A DNA stretch of 64,000 bases from Eledone cirrhosa (lineage: Eukaryota): NCBI GenBank assembly GCA_964016885.1, contig OZ024740.1:353400001-353464000 (forward strand), given 5' to 3'. Every line of letters starts with the position of its first letter. Positions within the stretch are counted from its first letter, which is position 1. The position numbers and the translations under genes were made by a program. Shown in pieces: positions 49,975 through 61,235 of this stretch. The notes below the pieces were generated by a model, which saw nothing but the letters and a program-made list of their open reading frames with translations, had not been told where the DNA came from and made no database searches.

Positions 49975-51165
49975 CACTTTATCCTGTAGGTTACCCTGGA
50001 CCTGCCAGTTTTGTGGGTTTCTTTGGCTTTAGGTAGTCTCAAGTTGCAGATAATTGGATGGTAATCAGTTAACAGCTGAGTCCTCTCTTAACACAAATGT
50101 CCATTTCAATCAAAGAGATCAAAGAAAACAACAAAATCAGTTATTGATTTGTGTCGTTGGTACCTCCTATACCATGTATATTTATGGATGTCTCTGTGCT
50201 GGAAGAAGGTGTTCATAATAGAGAGTCCATTGTTAGAACAGAAGTCTAATAAGGCCTCTCCATTCGTATTTAGATCAGAATCACTGTTCATTCCAATCAC
50301 TCCATTCCATGTCAGGTGCTTAGTGTCAACATGGGCATTGAAGTCTTTTATTAGGATATATGACTGTCTTCACTACATTTAACACTACAGTGACTTCATC
50401 AAGGAAGGATCTGTGTTCGGACTTTTTGTTTGGTGCAAAAACTTGCACTACTTACAGAGACCTATTTTTCAGCCTAAGCTTCAAGAGGCAAATTCTCCCT
50501 TCTAATGGCATCCAGTCTGTAACACATTCTGACAGCTGGAAGCCTGCACAGTGCTCTCTACATGTAAATGGAGTTCTACTGAAGCAGGTAGAGAAGTTCA
50601 AGTATCTTTGGGCCGTGTTCATGAGTGATGGAAGACAGGAGGCTGAATTAAGTGCAAGAATTGCAGGAGCTGATGCATTACTGCACCAGCTTCAGCATTC
50701 GGTAATCTACAGAAGGGCGGTGTAAAAGCCAAACTCGCTATCTTCAATTCAGTATTTGTGACAACTCTTAACTATAGTCGTGAATCTTGGATAATCACTG
50801 AAAGAATATGATCACAAATACATGCAGCCGAAATGGGGTTCTTCCAAAGGGTCTTTGGAGTAATGTTAGAGTTGCTACTTATCTGAATTGAGAAATCACA
50901 GCTGCGATGCTGTGGGCATGTGGTTAGAATGTCTCAAGAAAGAATTGCTGGACAGATTTTACGGGCAAAACCAACCAACAGGAGACCCAGGGTAGACACT
51001 GAGCAAGATGGTTGGATAACATCAATTTGCTCAGTTGGTCTCGCTTGGGATCCAGTTGGAGATGGTTGCTTCTGACAGGACCCGATGGAAGGAGTGTTTG
51101 TGGACTCTGCCTCTACAATCCTCTCAAGAGGAACTTTCCTCCATTTATTGACTAAAGAAGGAAGT
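49975..51165 (+). mobile_element. 5'-inverted RTE LINE (Rex3/Expander-like)
   Basis: The minus strand of 49975-50539 encodes APE (DFNAHV, LLDFC..NGLSIMNTFFQH, YTWY). The plus strand of 50540-51165 encodes the post-RT C-terminus (QVEKFKYL, AEMGF, GHVVRM). Confidence 0.75.
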
Positions 51166-52999
51166 ACCAATAATGTTTCTATAGTTTTAATTAGCTACAC
51201 TAGCAGAAAAACCATCATTCGGGTGGTTTTCTGCAAGCATGTGTAGTGTGCATATTGATATTATACGCAAATATACATGGATGTAGATATGATACATCAA
51301 ATAAAATCGTAATTGACAATATGCACAGAAATTGAAGAGAGACTGTGTTACACTCTCTTTTGTAATCAGTAAAGTAATCCATGATACATTTTAAAAAGAC
51401 GATATTTATAAACTGCATTACGGTGAAATGTAATGAAAACGAAAAAGGAGAAAAATTAGCGACAGAAATATAAACCTTATATAACGATGCAAATATATGT
51501 TTATATAAGCGATGTGATATAGCGTATGGACGCTAACCGGAAGTATTGACATTTGAAAGAAGTGAATCTTAAAATAAGCAATCATTATATATAAGAATAT
51601 TTATGTTCAATCAACACCTAGGCCGACATAAATAAAATAGCTCATTAATATAAGTGAATGAGGAGTGTTTTTATCATAGCATTGGGCTCTAATTCCCTGA
51701 TGGCCTAGTGTTGGGTAGTGGGTACTATTAAATATATATATGTATTTTATTACAGTAGAATAATGTTGCAAATATGTTTTAAATATATACATAAATAACA
51801 TAAGAAATGCGTAAATAACATTATAAATTGCTCGCAATTCGTTCAGAAGGACATTACAAATATAATGTTTAAACCGTGTATAAAAACACAATAATATAAA
51901 TTCATTGAACAAAAATGATAAGGGGGGGGGGGGGCAATTCACCACCAAGTGTGATAATCGACCGCGCCTCACACCTTAGGGGTTAACTGCACACTTTCAG
52001 GCAAGCCAACACGCTCACAGCATTACCACATGTGATGGCGAAACTAAGGCGCTGAAATAACCAGGCACCCTCACAGGCATCACCTGACACCTCAATAAGG
52101 TGAGCTGCCAATGAATACAAATGAATACAAATGCCAATGAATAGAAATGGCTGTGCTTTGTACTATTTAATGAAGTAGCGTAGCTTGAAGACCTTACCTA
52201 AAATATACAACTCATTCTTTCTTATGTATACATATATTTATATACCAGGTCCGAGCACAAAAGAACCAAACTCCCATTGTCACTGCCTCTATCTCTCCCG
52301 CTCTCAAATGGGGGCCCACACTCTGGCCACCCTGCAATCCCGGCGGACTGGCTGTCCCGCGGCCCGGTGGACAGAATAGAGAAGGCGTTATCCCGGAGGG
52401 TGGTGAAGGAGACGCGCTGGAAGAGTAATTCCAACTCGCAAGGCTCACACATGCGGGTAGCCAAATCTGTGCCGATGGTGGTGAGCAGGGAAGAGTTCAA
52501 ATTCTCGCTGGCATTGACTTTACCTTTCACTAATCCGAAGTTGGTCGATAAAATAAGTATCAGTCACTGACTGAAGTCGAAATAATATTGTATATTCCCC
52601 GTAATTCTTTGGCCTTGTGACAAATTGGAAAAACGATACAATCAGTTTACTAACTGATTAGTGATTGTGAAAATAATTCACAGGTCTTATTTCTTATTAG
52701 ATCTTATTTCAATTATTTCCCTATACCACAGCCACAATATTATCATGTATATATTAACTGCTTGATTAGAGCTTTATCTAACACTTTCAGGTCACATACA
52801 AACATCGTTGTTATCAGTTTGTTTGATATTGTTGCTGTTTATTTCAATCTTTAAGTGGCATAGCTAGATGGGTCGATGAGCATGTCTATCTACCATTTAA
52901 AAGTGGCCAGCTCGTGTTCCGTCTTTGGCGCTAGCTGGTTTCCCAACCATTATAACCAAGATAGTTTATCGTTGCAGGCTCAGTTCATTTACATGTAAA

Positions 53000-53541
53000 C
53001 TAGGAGAATGGCCCGGCGTTGCTCGGGATTTGCTGTAGGGTTCTTATATATTTATCCTTATCGAGCCTCGTGAAATATATACGTTTGTTTATATTTTGTT
53101 ATTGTGTATGCAAAAATATCTGTACACGAATATATAATTATATATATATATATATATATGTATATAGTTATATATTCGTGTACAGATATTATATATATAT
53201 ATATATAACAATACAGAGTACGGAATACCTCGGGCCTCGGGATGGTGTCTACATTTAATGCTTATAAAAAAAATTCATCGTAGATTACCAGGGGTTTTTT
53301 TCCGTGCGAAGAAAATCAATACTTTATCGCGAAATAAATACTTTTGTTTATATTTTGTTATTGTGTATGCAAAAATATCTGTACACGAATATATACGAAT
53401 ATATTATATATATATATATATTAAAATAACAGATTACAGTCTAAGCAAAGAATCGCTGCTTTCACCCTTAACGGGATCTTCTGAAACTAAAAAAATCAAT
53501 CTGTGAACGCAGAAGTAAATATTTCGAAAAACGTTACACAC

Positions 53542-53622
<81 letters not shown>

Positions 53623-53880
53623 CCAGACATACAGACATATATAAGGGCGCAACGTTATATCTATGTATCTATCTAAAAAGAAAGACTAAGAATTATAGAG
53701 AGATATTGCTAAATCGCCTAATGCAGTCCCTAGGGCATTGAAAATTTGAAATATTTTTTGCTTCTTCAAAACACTCACAACATTACATGTATAAAGTTTG
53801 AAAACAATCGGTTGGGTGGTTCTCGAGTTTTATGGAGTGAGACAGACGGACAAACAGACATTCTCTGTTTTAGATATATA
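53000..53880 (-). mobile_element. Non-autonomous Helitron-like element with internal (CA)n
   Basis: Minus-strand 3' end cccgagcaacgccggg...CTAG|T. (CA)n at 53545-53620. Partial copies at 57295-57810 (same orientation) and 57850-57993 (inverted). Confidence 0.65.
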
Positions 53881-54364
53881 AATAAGTAGGACATGAGAAA
53901 CTCATCGTTCTAAAGACATTATATAATTAATGGGAGATTCGTTAGCTTGCTTTTCTGAATTCAAATGTGACTATAGAAGGCATGGGTGAAGAGAGCCAGT
54001 TAGTTCATTCAGTACACAACTCCACATCAGAGCATACAAGAGAATCAGTAACATTAAATGTTATTGAAAACCGCTAAATAAAAGAGAAAAATGAATTTTC
54101 CATAACGAAAGAATATTTACAAATATAAAAAACTTATTTAAGAATGGTTAAATTCCGAGATTTCACTATTCTATACAGCTGTTTCATGAGTGAAATAGAT
54201 ATGGATGGAACCATAAGATGACACACTCAATCGTCAGTACAATTTCCATATCACTAAACGCATTATATACGATTAGCGACCATAGATTCGAACGCACATG
54301 GCGAAGAACGTAATAATTTGAGCATACAGACAGCCCAACGGGAATGCTAATGCCACACAAAATA

Positions 54365-55345
54365 ATTCTGTGTCACACAAAAGACTTATGGCAAAACTCT
54401 CTGCAATGGGTGTGAGAGGTGATCTTTTTAACTTGTTGAAGTCTTTCATTCTCAGTCAAAAAGAGGTAGTCACGATCCTAGGAGAGCATTCATCGGGTGT
54501 ATCACAAGGATCTGTTCTTGTGCATATAATAATGACATAGATGCCAACTTAAAGAATGCCACAGTACTGAAATATGTAGATGACATCAAGCTGTACCTTG
54601 AGATAAAAAGGACAGATCCTGAACACTATAGATCTTTCCTGCAATCAGATCTGGACACAATGCAGCAATGGATCACGGACTGGTAACTCAAGCTGGCTGT
54701 GGATAAAGTGTACCACCATGCATTTTGAGAGGAAACCCAGCGTCCACATACTCCTTCCACAACACTAATATCAAGAAGTCTTCTTGTGAATGTGACCTGG
54801 GCATTACTGTCGGCAGCGATTTGCGTTGGACAAAGCATGTCTCTAAAATTGTCAAGAAGGCCGAGGGTGTCTAGGCATCACTCAGCAAGTCCTTTGTCAG
54901 CCGCTCTCCAGCTGTCTATTTAAAGTTGTATATAGCTATGGTGTGGCCACACTTAGAATTTGCATCACCAGTCTAGAACCCCTATCTTGCTCAGAACATT
55001 GACCTCCTGGAAACTGTTCAGAGACGCACAACCAAGCAAATACCCTCCATCAGGAATCTACCATACTCTGAACGTCTTGCTTCCCTGGGCATGGATACAT
55101 TGAAGCTCCGACGTCTGGCAACTGACTTGGTGAACACCCACAAAATTATTAACCATCTTGCCAACAACAACCCTGAGCACCGTTTTTGAATTCCATGTGT
55201 CTAACACACGTGGGCATGCCTACAAAGTCAGAAAACAGCACAGCTCCCATGACATTTTTTCCTGCTCAGAGTTGCTGAAGCATGGAACAAACTACCTGCA
55301 TCAGTTGTTAGCTGCCGAGACACTGCATCATTTAAACTCTCCAAC
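54365..55345 (+). mobile_element. Degraded CR1-clade LINE (RT to C-terminus)
   Basis: VSHKRLMAKL, GVSQGSVL, YVDDIKL, LQSDL, DLGI, LEFASPV, NTRGHAYKV, with many stops and frameshifts. Confidence 0.8.
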
Positions 55346-55546
55346 TATATTGATATCGTCTACGTAACGAGAGTACATGATGAGGTCTATGGAGCTCTCA
55401 TTAAGGAGATCTTTAAGTCTCCTTTCCCACCATACCATAAACAAGTTGGCAACATCACCAGCTATGCTGACGCCAATGGCTGCTCCCTCATTTTGGGTGT
55501 AGATCTTCTCGTTGAACTTGAATATGTGGCCCTTTAGGGTAGTTTT

Positions 55547-56785
55547 GGTGATGTTGCCAACCTTTTTATGGTATGGTGGGAAAGGAGACTTAAAGATCTC
55601 CTTAATGAGAGCTCCATAGACCTCATCATGTACTCTCGTTACGTAGACGATATCAATATAGTTATAAGAGCATCCCCACTAGAGAGCACTAACAAGTTTT
55701 ATTTAGAACGTAGCACAATGGAAAGCATCCAGCAGAACGCTAATTCCATACACCAGAGTGTAACTGTAACTATCGACTACCCTTCCAAACACCCTAACAA
55801 TAGACTACGTGTATTAGACACGGAACTCTGGATTAACACTATAGACGAGAGAGCCCAAATTCTCCACTCACACTATGCTAAACCCATGGCCTCCAAATAC
55901 CTGATACTCAAAAACTCAGCAATGTCCAGTAGTGCTAAGTTTAATATTCTGATCGCAGATTTGGTACGAGTGATGAAGAATGTGTCCTGCATGTGCGACC
56001 CAACAGAAATGGAAAGACACATCCAACACTTCATCAACCGCATGCAGTTCTCTAGCTACAACCAAAGAGACAGAGTCAGAGTATACGAAGGAGCCATGGA
56101 GAAGTATAAGACCCTCATAGAACTGGACATGAAAGAAATTTGCCCATTATACAGGAGCAAATCATGGAATAGCTTAGATAGGGTTAGACATAAGATAGGG
56201 AAAGCCACCTCATGGTACGACTACCAGAGTGTCATGTTTGTGGACGCTACCCCTGGAGGGAAATTAGCTAACCAGTGTAGAAAGGCCCTGAGAAAGACCC
56301 ACTTAAAGATTAAGGTGGTAGAAAAGCCAGGAACCACCATAAAATCCCTGATCAGCAAAACCTACCCTTTTAAGAAAACCCACTGTACTAATAGGAAATG
56401 TATCATATGCAAGGTAAACCCCCGGATAAACTGTAAAACTAGAAACGTAGTCTATAGCATAAGATGTACAGAGGGTACTTGCAGAAACATGACAACAACA
56501 TACATAGGCGAGACAGCTCGTAGCATAGGTGAAAGGTTAGACCAACACTGGGGGGAACTAAAAGGACGAAAACACGGTTCAATACTATACGAACATGCCA
56601 GACAACAACACGACGGTAACATAGACAACATAGAAATTAGAATAATATCTAAACATAGAAATGACCCAGCAGATAGGCAAATCAGAGAGACCAGTGAAAT
56701 AGAACTTAGTAGGCCAAGGCTAAACAGAAAGAAAGAATGGAATAACAACATCCAAACAAACAACACTGACCTAAGAGAAGTATAA
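55547..56785 (+). pseudogene. Penelope-like RT (RYVDD) + Cys-linker + GIY-YIG, 5'-truncated but open
   Basis: RYVDDI, VLDTELW, HYAKPM, CTNRKCIIC, NCKTRNVVYSIRC, TYIGETARS, R..RE...I...PRLN. Confidence 0.88.
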
Positions 56786-57034
56786 ATAAATAAATAGATA
56801 AATAAATACATACACAAGTACAATAACAACAAACACATATAAACACACACTAGTAAAGATAGAATACATTAACCAATACACAGTCACCCAATCACGAACA
56901 CACATCAAACAAAACACTACACACGCAAACGCATGCGCAAAGAAGACAAAATAAAATAAACAAATAAATAAACATATAAACAGACTAAATAAAGATGGCG
57001 TAGAAAATACAATGCAATGGGAGGAAACAATAGC

Positions 57035-57076
57035 ACCACTGACGATGTTGCAGATGTGCAACGAAAGAACTTTGAT
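57035..57076 (+). ncRNA. Minimal hammerhead-like motif (degenerate stem I)
   Basis: ACCA-CTGACGA-T-GTTGCA-gatg-TGCAAC-GAAAG-AA-CTT-TGAT. Confidence 0.55.
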
Positions 57077-57294
57077 AAACTATATATATGTGTTTGTGTC
57101 TATATTGTATCTGTATTATTTTTGACCGTTGGTCAGTCAATGGCAACATTGAGGACCGAATAAATTAGATTACCGATATAAAAGACACAGAAGCGAAAAG
57201 CGAAAACCAACCAAACAGTGAGTGTGTTCTGTTATTAATTCTGGCAATATTACACAAATATGACCCTCCTCAAGTATAACAATATTTGTTTCGA

Positions 57295-57801
57295 CACACG
57301 ATTTCATATCAAAAACCTCGCAAAACTATATATATATATATATATATTAAAATAACAGATTAAAGTTTAAGCAAAGAATCGCTGCTTTCACCCTTAAAGG
57401 GATCTTCTGAAACTAAAAAATCAATTTGTGAACGCAGAAGTAAATATTTCGAAAAACGTTACACACTATATATATATATATATACACACACACTATATAT
57501 ATATATATATATACATATATACATATATACACACACAGAGATAGCGACGTCATAATGTCGTAATGCAGACAACTAGCCATACAGACAGATATTATAAGGG
57601 CGCAACGTTATATCTAAAAAGAAAGACTAAGAATTATAGAGAGAATTCACTAAATCGCCTAATGCCGCCCCTACGGCATTGAAAATTTGAATTTGCTCAA
57701 AACACTCACAGGACCATAAGTATTACATGTGTAAAGTTTGAAAACAATCGGTTGGGTGGTTCTCGAGTTTTAGGGAGTCAGACAGACAGACAGACATTCT
57801 C

Positions 57802-57853
<52 letters not shown>

Positions 57854-57991
57854 GTGTACAGATATTTTTGCGTACACAATAACAAAATATAAACAAACGT
57901 ATTTATTTCACGAGGCTCGATAAGGATAAATATGTATCAAATATATAAGAACCCTGGAGCAAATCCCGAGCAACGCCGGGCCATTCTGATA

Positions 57992-57993
<2 letters not shown>
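57295..57993. mobile_element. Rearranged copies of the 53000-53880 Helitron-like element
   Basis: 57295-57810 is a direct copy of 53395-53880. 57850-57993 is the reverse complement of 53000-53130. Confidence 0.7.
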
Positions 57994-58071
<78 letters not shown>

Positions 58072-58426
58072 TATATACACTGACATTCACGGGGGTATAA
58101 AAAACATTCGTTGTAACGAAAAATTCTTTATAACGAGATCGACCTAACACATCGAACGTGAGGCCGGAGATTGAAAAAAATATCGTTATACTGAACAATT
58201 CGTGACAATGGTATTCGCTATAACGGAATTTTACCTGAATATACATACATGCATTGCCAAAGAAAAATCGGATAGCAAGTCAAATAACTTACTTAAGAAT
58301 GGTAAAATTCCGAGATTTCAATATTCTATACATCTGCTTTATATTATTACGTTCCTCACAATGTGTGTTCAACTTATTTAAAAGATCTATTGACAGATTT
58401 TAACCTCACTTTAAACCTATTATTTA

Positions 58427-59490
58427 CTAGCTGAATGACCCAGCGTTGCCCGGGTTACTGCTGTTATTATTCAGATTAGTAAACAATAAATTTGAAGATT
58501 TTTTTTCTCATAATTATTTCAAAATATCTATATTTTATTTTTAAAAATATCAAAATTGTAATTATAACAGTATTTAGAAATGAAAATCTGTCAATCTTGA
58601 AGTCCCTCGGGGTAAACAATATTCATTTTGTAATTTTTTGTTGGTGTACAAATGAATAAATTGTTGTTGCATTGAACTCGTGAGCAACCAACATAGAGTT
58701 GACCGTGGGAAAAGCATGTAGTAGAGAGATCAACTACCTTGAGGGATTGACCCTGAGATTTGTTAATTGAAATAACAAAACCTAGTTTGACTGGAAGATG
58801 AAGCCTCTTAAATTCAAATGGAGCAGCTGTAGGTATGAGAGAATTTTTTGGAATAAAGACATTTTTTTTCAATATTGTAAACAAATAAATATCAGCATCC
58901 CAAAGAAATATATATTAATCTCTATTTTTATATGCAGTGTAAATTAACTTACATACACTCACACACATATACTTGTCAGTCGTCAAATATGTATATGTAT
59001 GTGTAGATGTGTGTGTGTTCATCAAAACACACACAGACATACATTCATACAAACACACACATGTAGTTTTACCCCCAGCGTTCGTTATGTCAGTCGTCAC
59101 AGATATGTATGTATACTCACGCACATATACTTATCAGTGGTCACATATGTATGTGTGTGCTTAATTCTCTGTGTATCTGATTAAATATTTACGTGAAGAT
59201 GTGTGTATGTAACTTACTAAGGCCTAACGTACGTAACGAACGTGCAAACACACACTCACAGACACATACACACTCATACAAAATGTGACGTCGTCGTCGT
59301 GCTATCAAATGTCCTTTTACTTAGTTGACTATAGTAGAATATTTTAGTTAAAATGTTATGTTGTTTTAATCCAAATGAAAATAAAAATTCCATGTTAATC
59401 CCGGTGTCTTGTAAAATTTGATTTGATTTGGTCCAGCCGTTTGAGAATGCACAAGGAAAAGACAGACAAAGAATTTTATATAGAGAGAGA
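58427..59490 (-). mobile_element. Non-autonomous Helitron retaining a Pif1 helicase C-terminal fragment
   Basis: A|TC 5' end at 59490. Hairpin ccgggcaacgctgg plus CTAG|T at 58427. ORF 58591-58884: FKRLHLPVKLGFVISINKSQGQS...FSHGQLYVGCSRV...NIVYPE. Confidence 0.88.
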
Positions 59491-59569
59491 TTATTAATAA
59501 ATCCATAAAAATTAGTCAGTTCTCTCTAGTTTTGATTACTTTATAATATATTATCAAAACAATCGAGGT

Positions 59570-61185
59570 ACTAAGCCCTGTCCAGCTCGGAGTGGGAATC
59601 AAGTGCGGGTGTGAGACCAGACACTTCATAGAGCACGCACCTCCCTCGTCACCCCAGCTCTTCGTGAAGCTGGACATGACTAACGCCTTCAACAGCGTTA
59701 GACGGGATCACGTCCTAGAGACATGTCTTAGACGAGCCTCCTCCATCTACCCCCCCCCCCCCTCCGTTCACCACTCGTACGGAAGAACCAGCTCACTCAT
59801 GGCCGCTGACATCAGGGTCACTTCCGCGGCAGGTACCCAGCAGGGAGACCCACTCGACTCGCTCCTATTCGCACTGTCAGTCGACGACGTAGCCCGGTTG
59901 GTCCGTTCATCCCTCAACGTCTGGTACCTCGACGACGCGACCCTGGGCAGCCCGGCTGAAACGGTAGTTTCGGATCTTCGTCAATCACCCCAGCCCTAAA
60001 GCTCCTAGGACTTGTGATCAACCCAACCAAGTCTGAGGTGACCAACATCAGCTACAGAGAGACCGAATTCTGCAACGCCGTACTCTGCTCCCATCCCATC
60101 CTGGCCGGGCTCGGTTGACACCCAAGGACGCCGCATGCATCCTAGGCTTTCCCATTCTCCCGAAAGCCATAAGAGAATGCCTGGAGGCCAAGCATACGGA
60201 TTTATCCCGATTAGCGGAGAGGCTGCACCTCATTGACGTTCATCCTGTGCCCTTCCTCTTGAGAAACTGCTTCGCCCTCCCAAAATTCATGATTACGCTG
60301 AGCGGTGCACCTTTCCACCAACACGCAGATGTTCTCGGGGAACTTAACGCCACCATTCGACACTGTGCGGAACTCATCTGCAATGTCAGTTTCGACAGCG
60401 CAGGCGGGCAACAGGCGAAACTCCCAGCGAGGTTCGGTGATCTCGGCCTCCGATCAGCTTCGGACCTAGCTTTACCTGCCTACCTTTCCTCTATCTCCTC
60501 CTGTGGCACTCTCGTCAGCGAGGTTCTCAGCCAGACGGCCGAAACTGACCTGGCCCCCGAGATGGAACAGGCTCTGGCCTACTGGACAGGCGAAGGCCTC
60601 TCTACCCCCTCCCCCAATATACTATTGTACAACGCAACTGGGACGACATCAATTGTAGGGCTTCTGTCAAGCAGATCGTGTCTGGTTTGGACCAACAGCG
60701 CCTCGCCTGCCTTCGCTCTGTTTCTCAACAGCGACGCGTGGCTCAATTCGGTGCCCTTCTTGGTGATATGTGCACCCGCATGGGAGTATCCCAACGCTTT
60801 GGCCTCCGCGTATGTGAGCCACATAAATGCTGCTGCAGGACGGTTGTTGACAAGTTCGGTCTGCACCCTCTTTCTTGCCGCCAGAGTGCAGGCCGGTTCT
60901 CTCGACTCGCCGCTCTCAACGACATACTGAAAAAGAGCTTGGACGCAGCTGGCTTTCCATCTCAACTGGAGCCAGCACGTCTAGACCGCGGCGATGGCAA
61001 GTTCCCCGACAGAATCACCCTCTTCCCTCTTCGAAGCAGGTAGATCCCTCATCTGGGACGCCAACTGCTGCGACACGATCTCCGCCTCCAACTTAGTCGC
61101 TTCGGTTGGGTGGCTGTTGCAGCGGGTGTCACTGGCCATCGTCCGTGGGAATGCTTTTGCTGTCTTGTCTGCGTGGCGCAGCCCT
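59570..61185 (+). mobile_element. Degraded CRE-clade non-LTR retrotransposon (RT + RLE)
   Basis: QLGVGIKCGCE, KLDMTNAFNSV, QQGDPL, WYLDD, LPARFGDLGL, CCHC-like HKCCC..HPLSC, LEP..L...DGKFPD, WDA, QRVSLAIVRGNA. Frameshifted. Confidence 0.85.
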
Positions 61186-61186
61186 C

Positions 61187-61235
61187 TGGCCCCATGCTCT
61201 AGGCCCCATGCTCTAGGCCCCATGCCCTAGGCCCA
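61187..61235 (+). repeat. 14-bp tandem repeat (ggccccatgctcta) x3.5
   Basis: Seen directly at the CRE/Tx1 junction. Confidence 0.8.

Larger units (their letters stand above)
55347..57200 (+). mobile_element. Penelope-like element (RT C-half + GIY-YIG) with a 5' inverted RT segment
   Basis: ORF 55568-56785. The inverted segment 55347-55544 encodes upstream RT on the minus strand. The 3' region has a hammerhead-like motif at 57035-57076. Confidence 0.9.
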
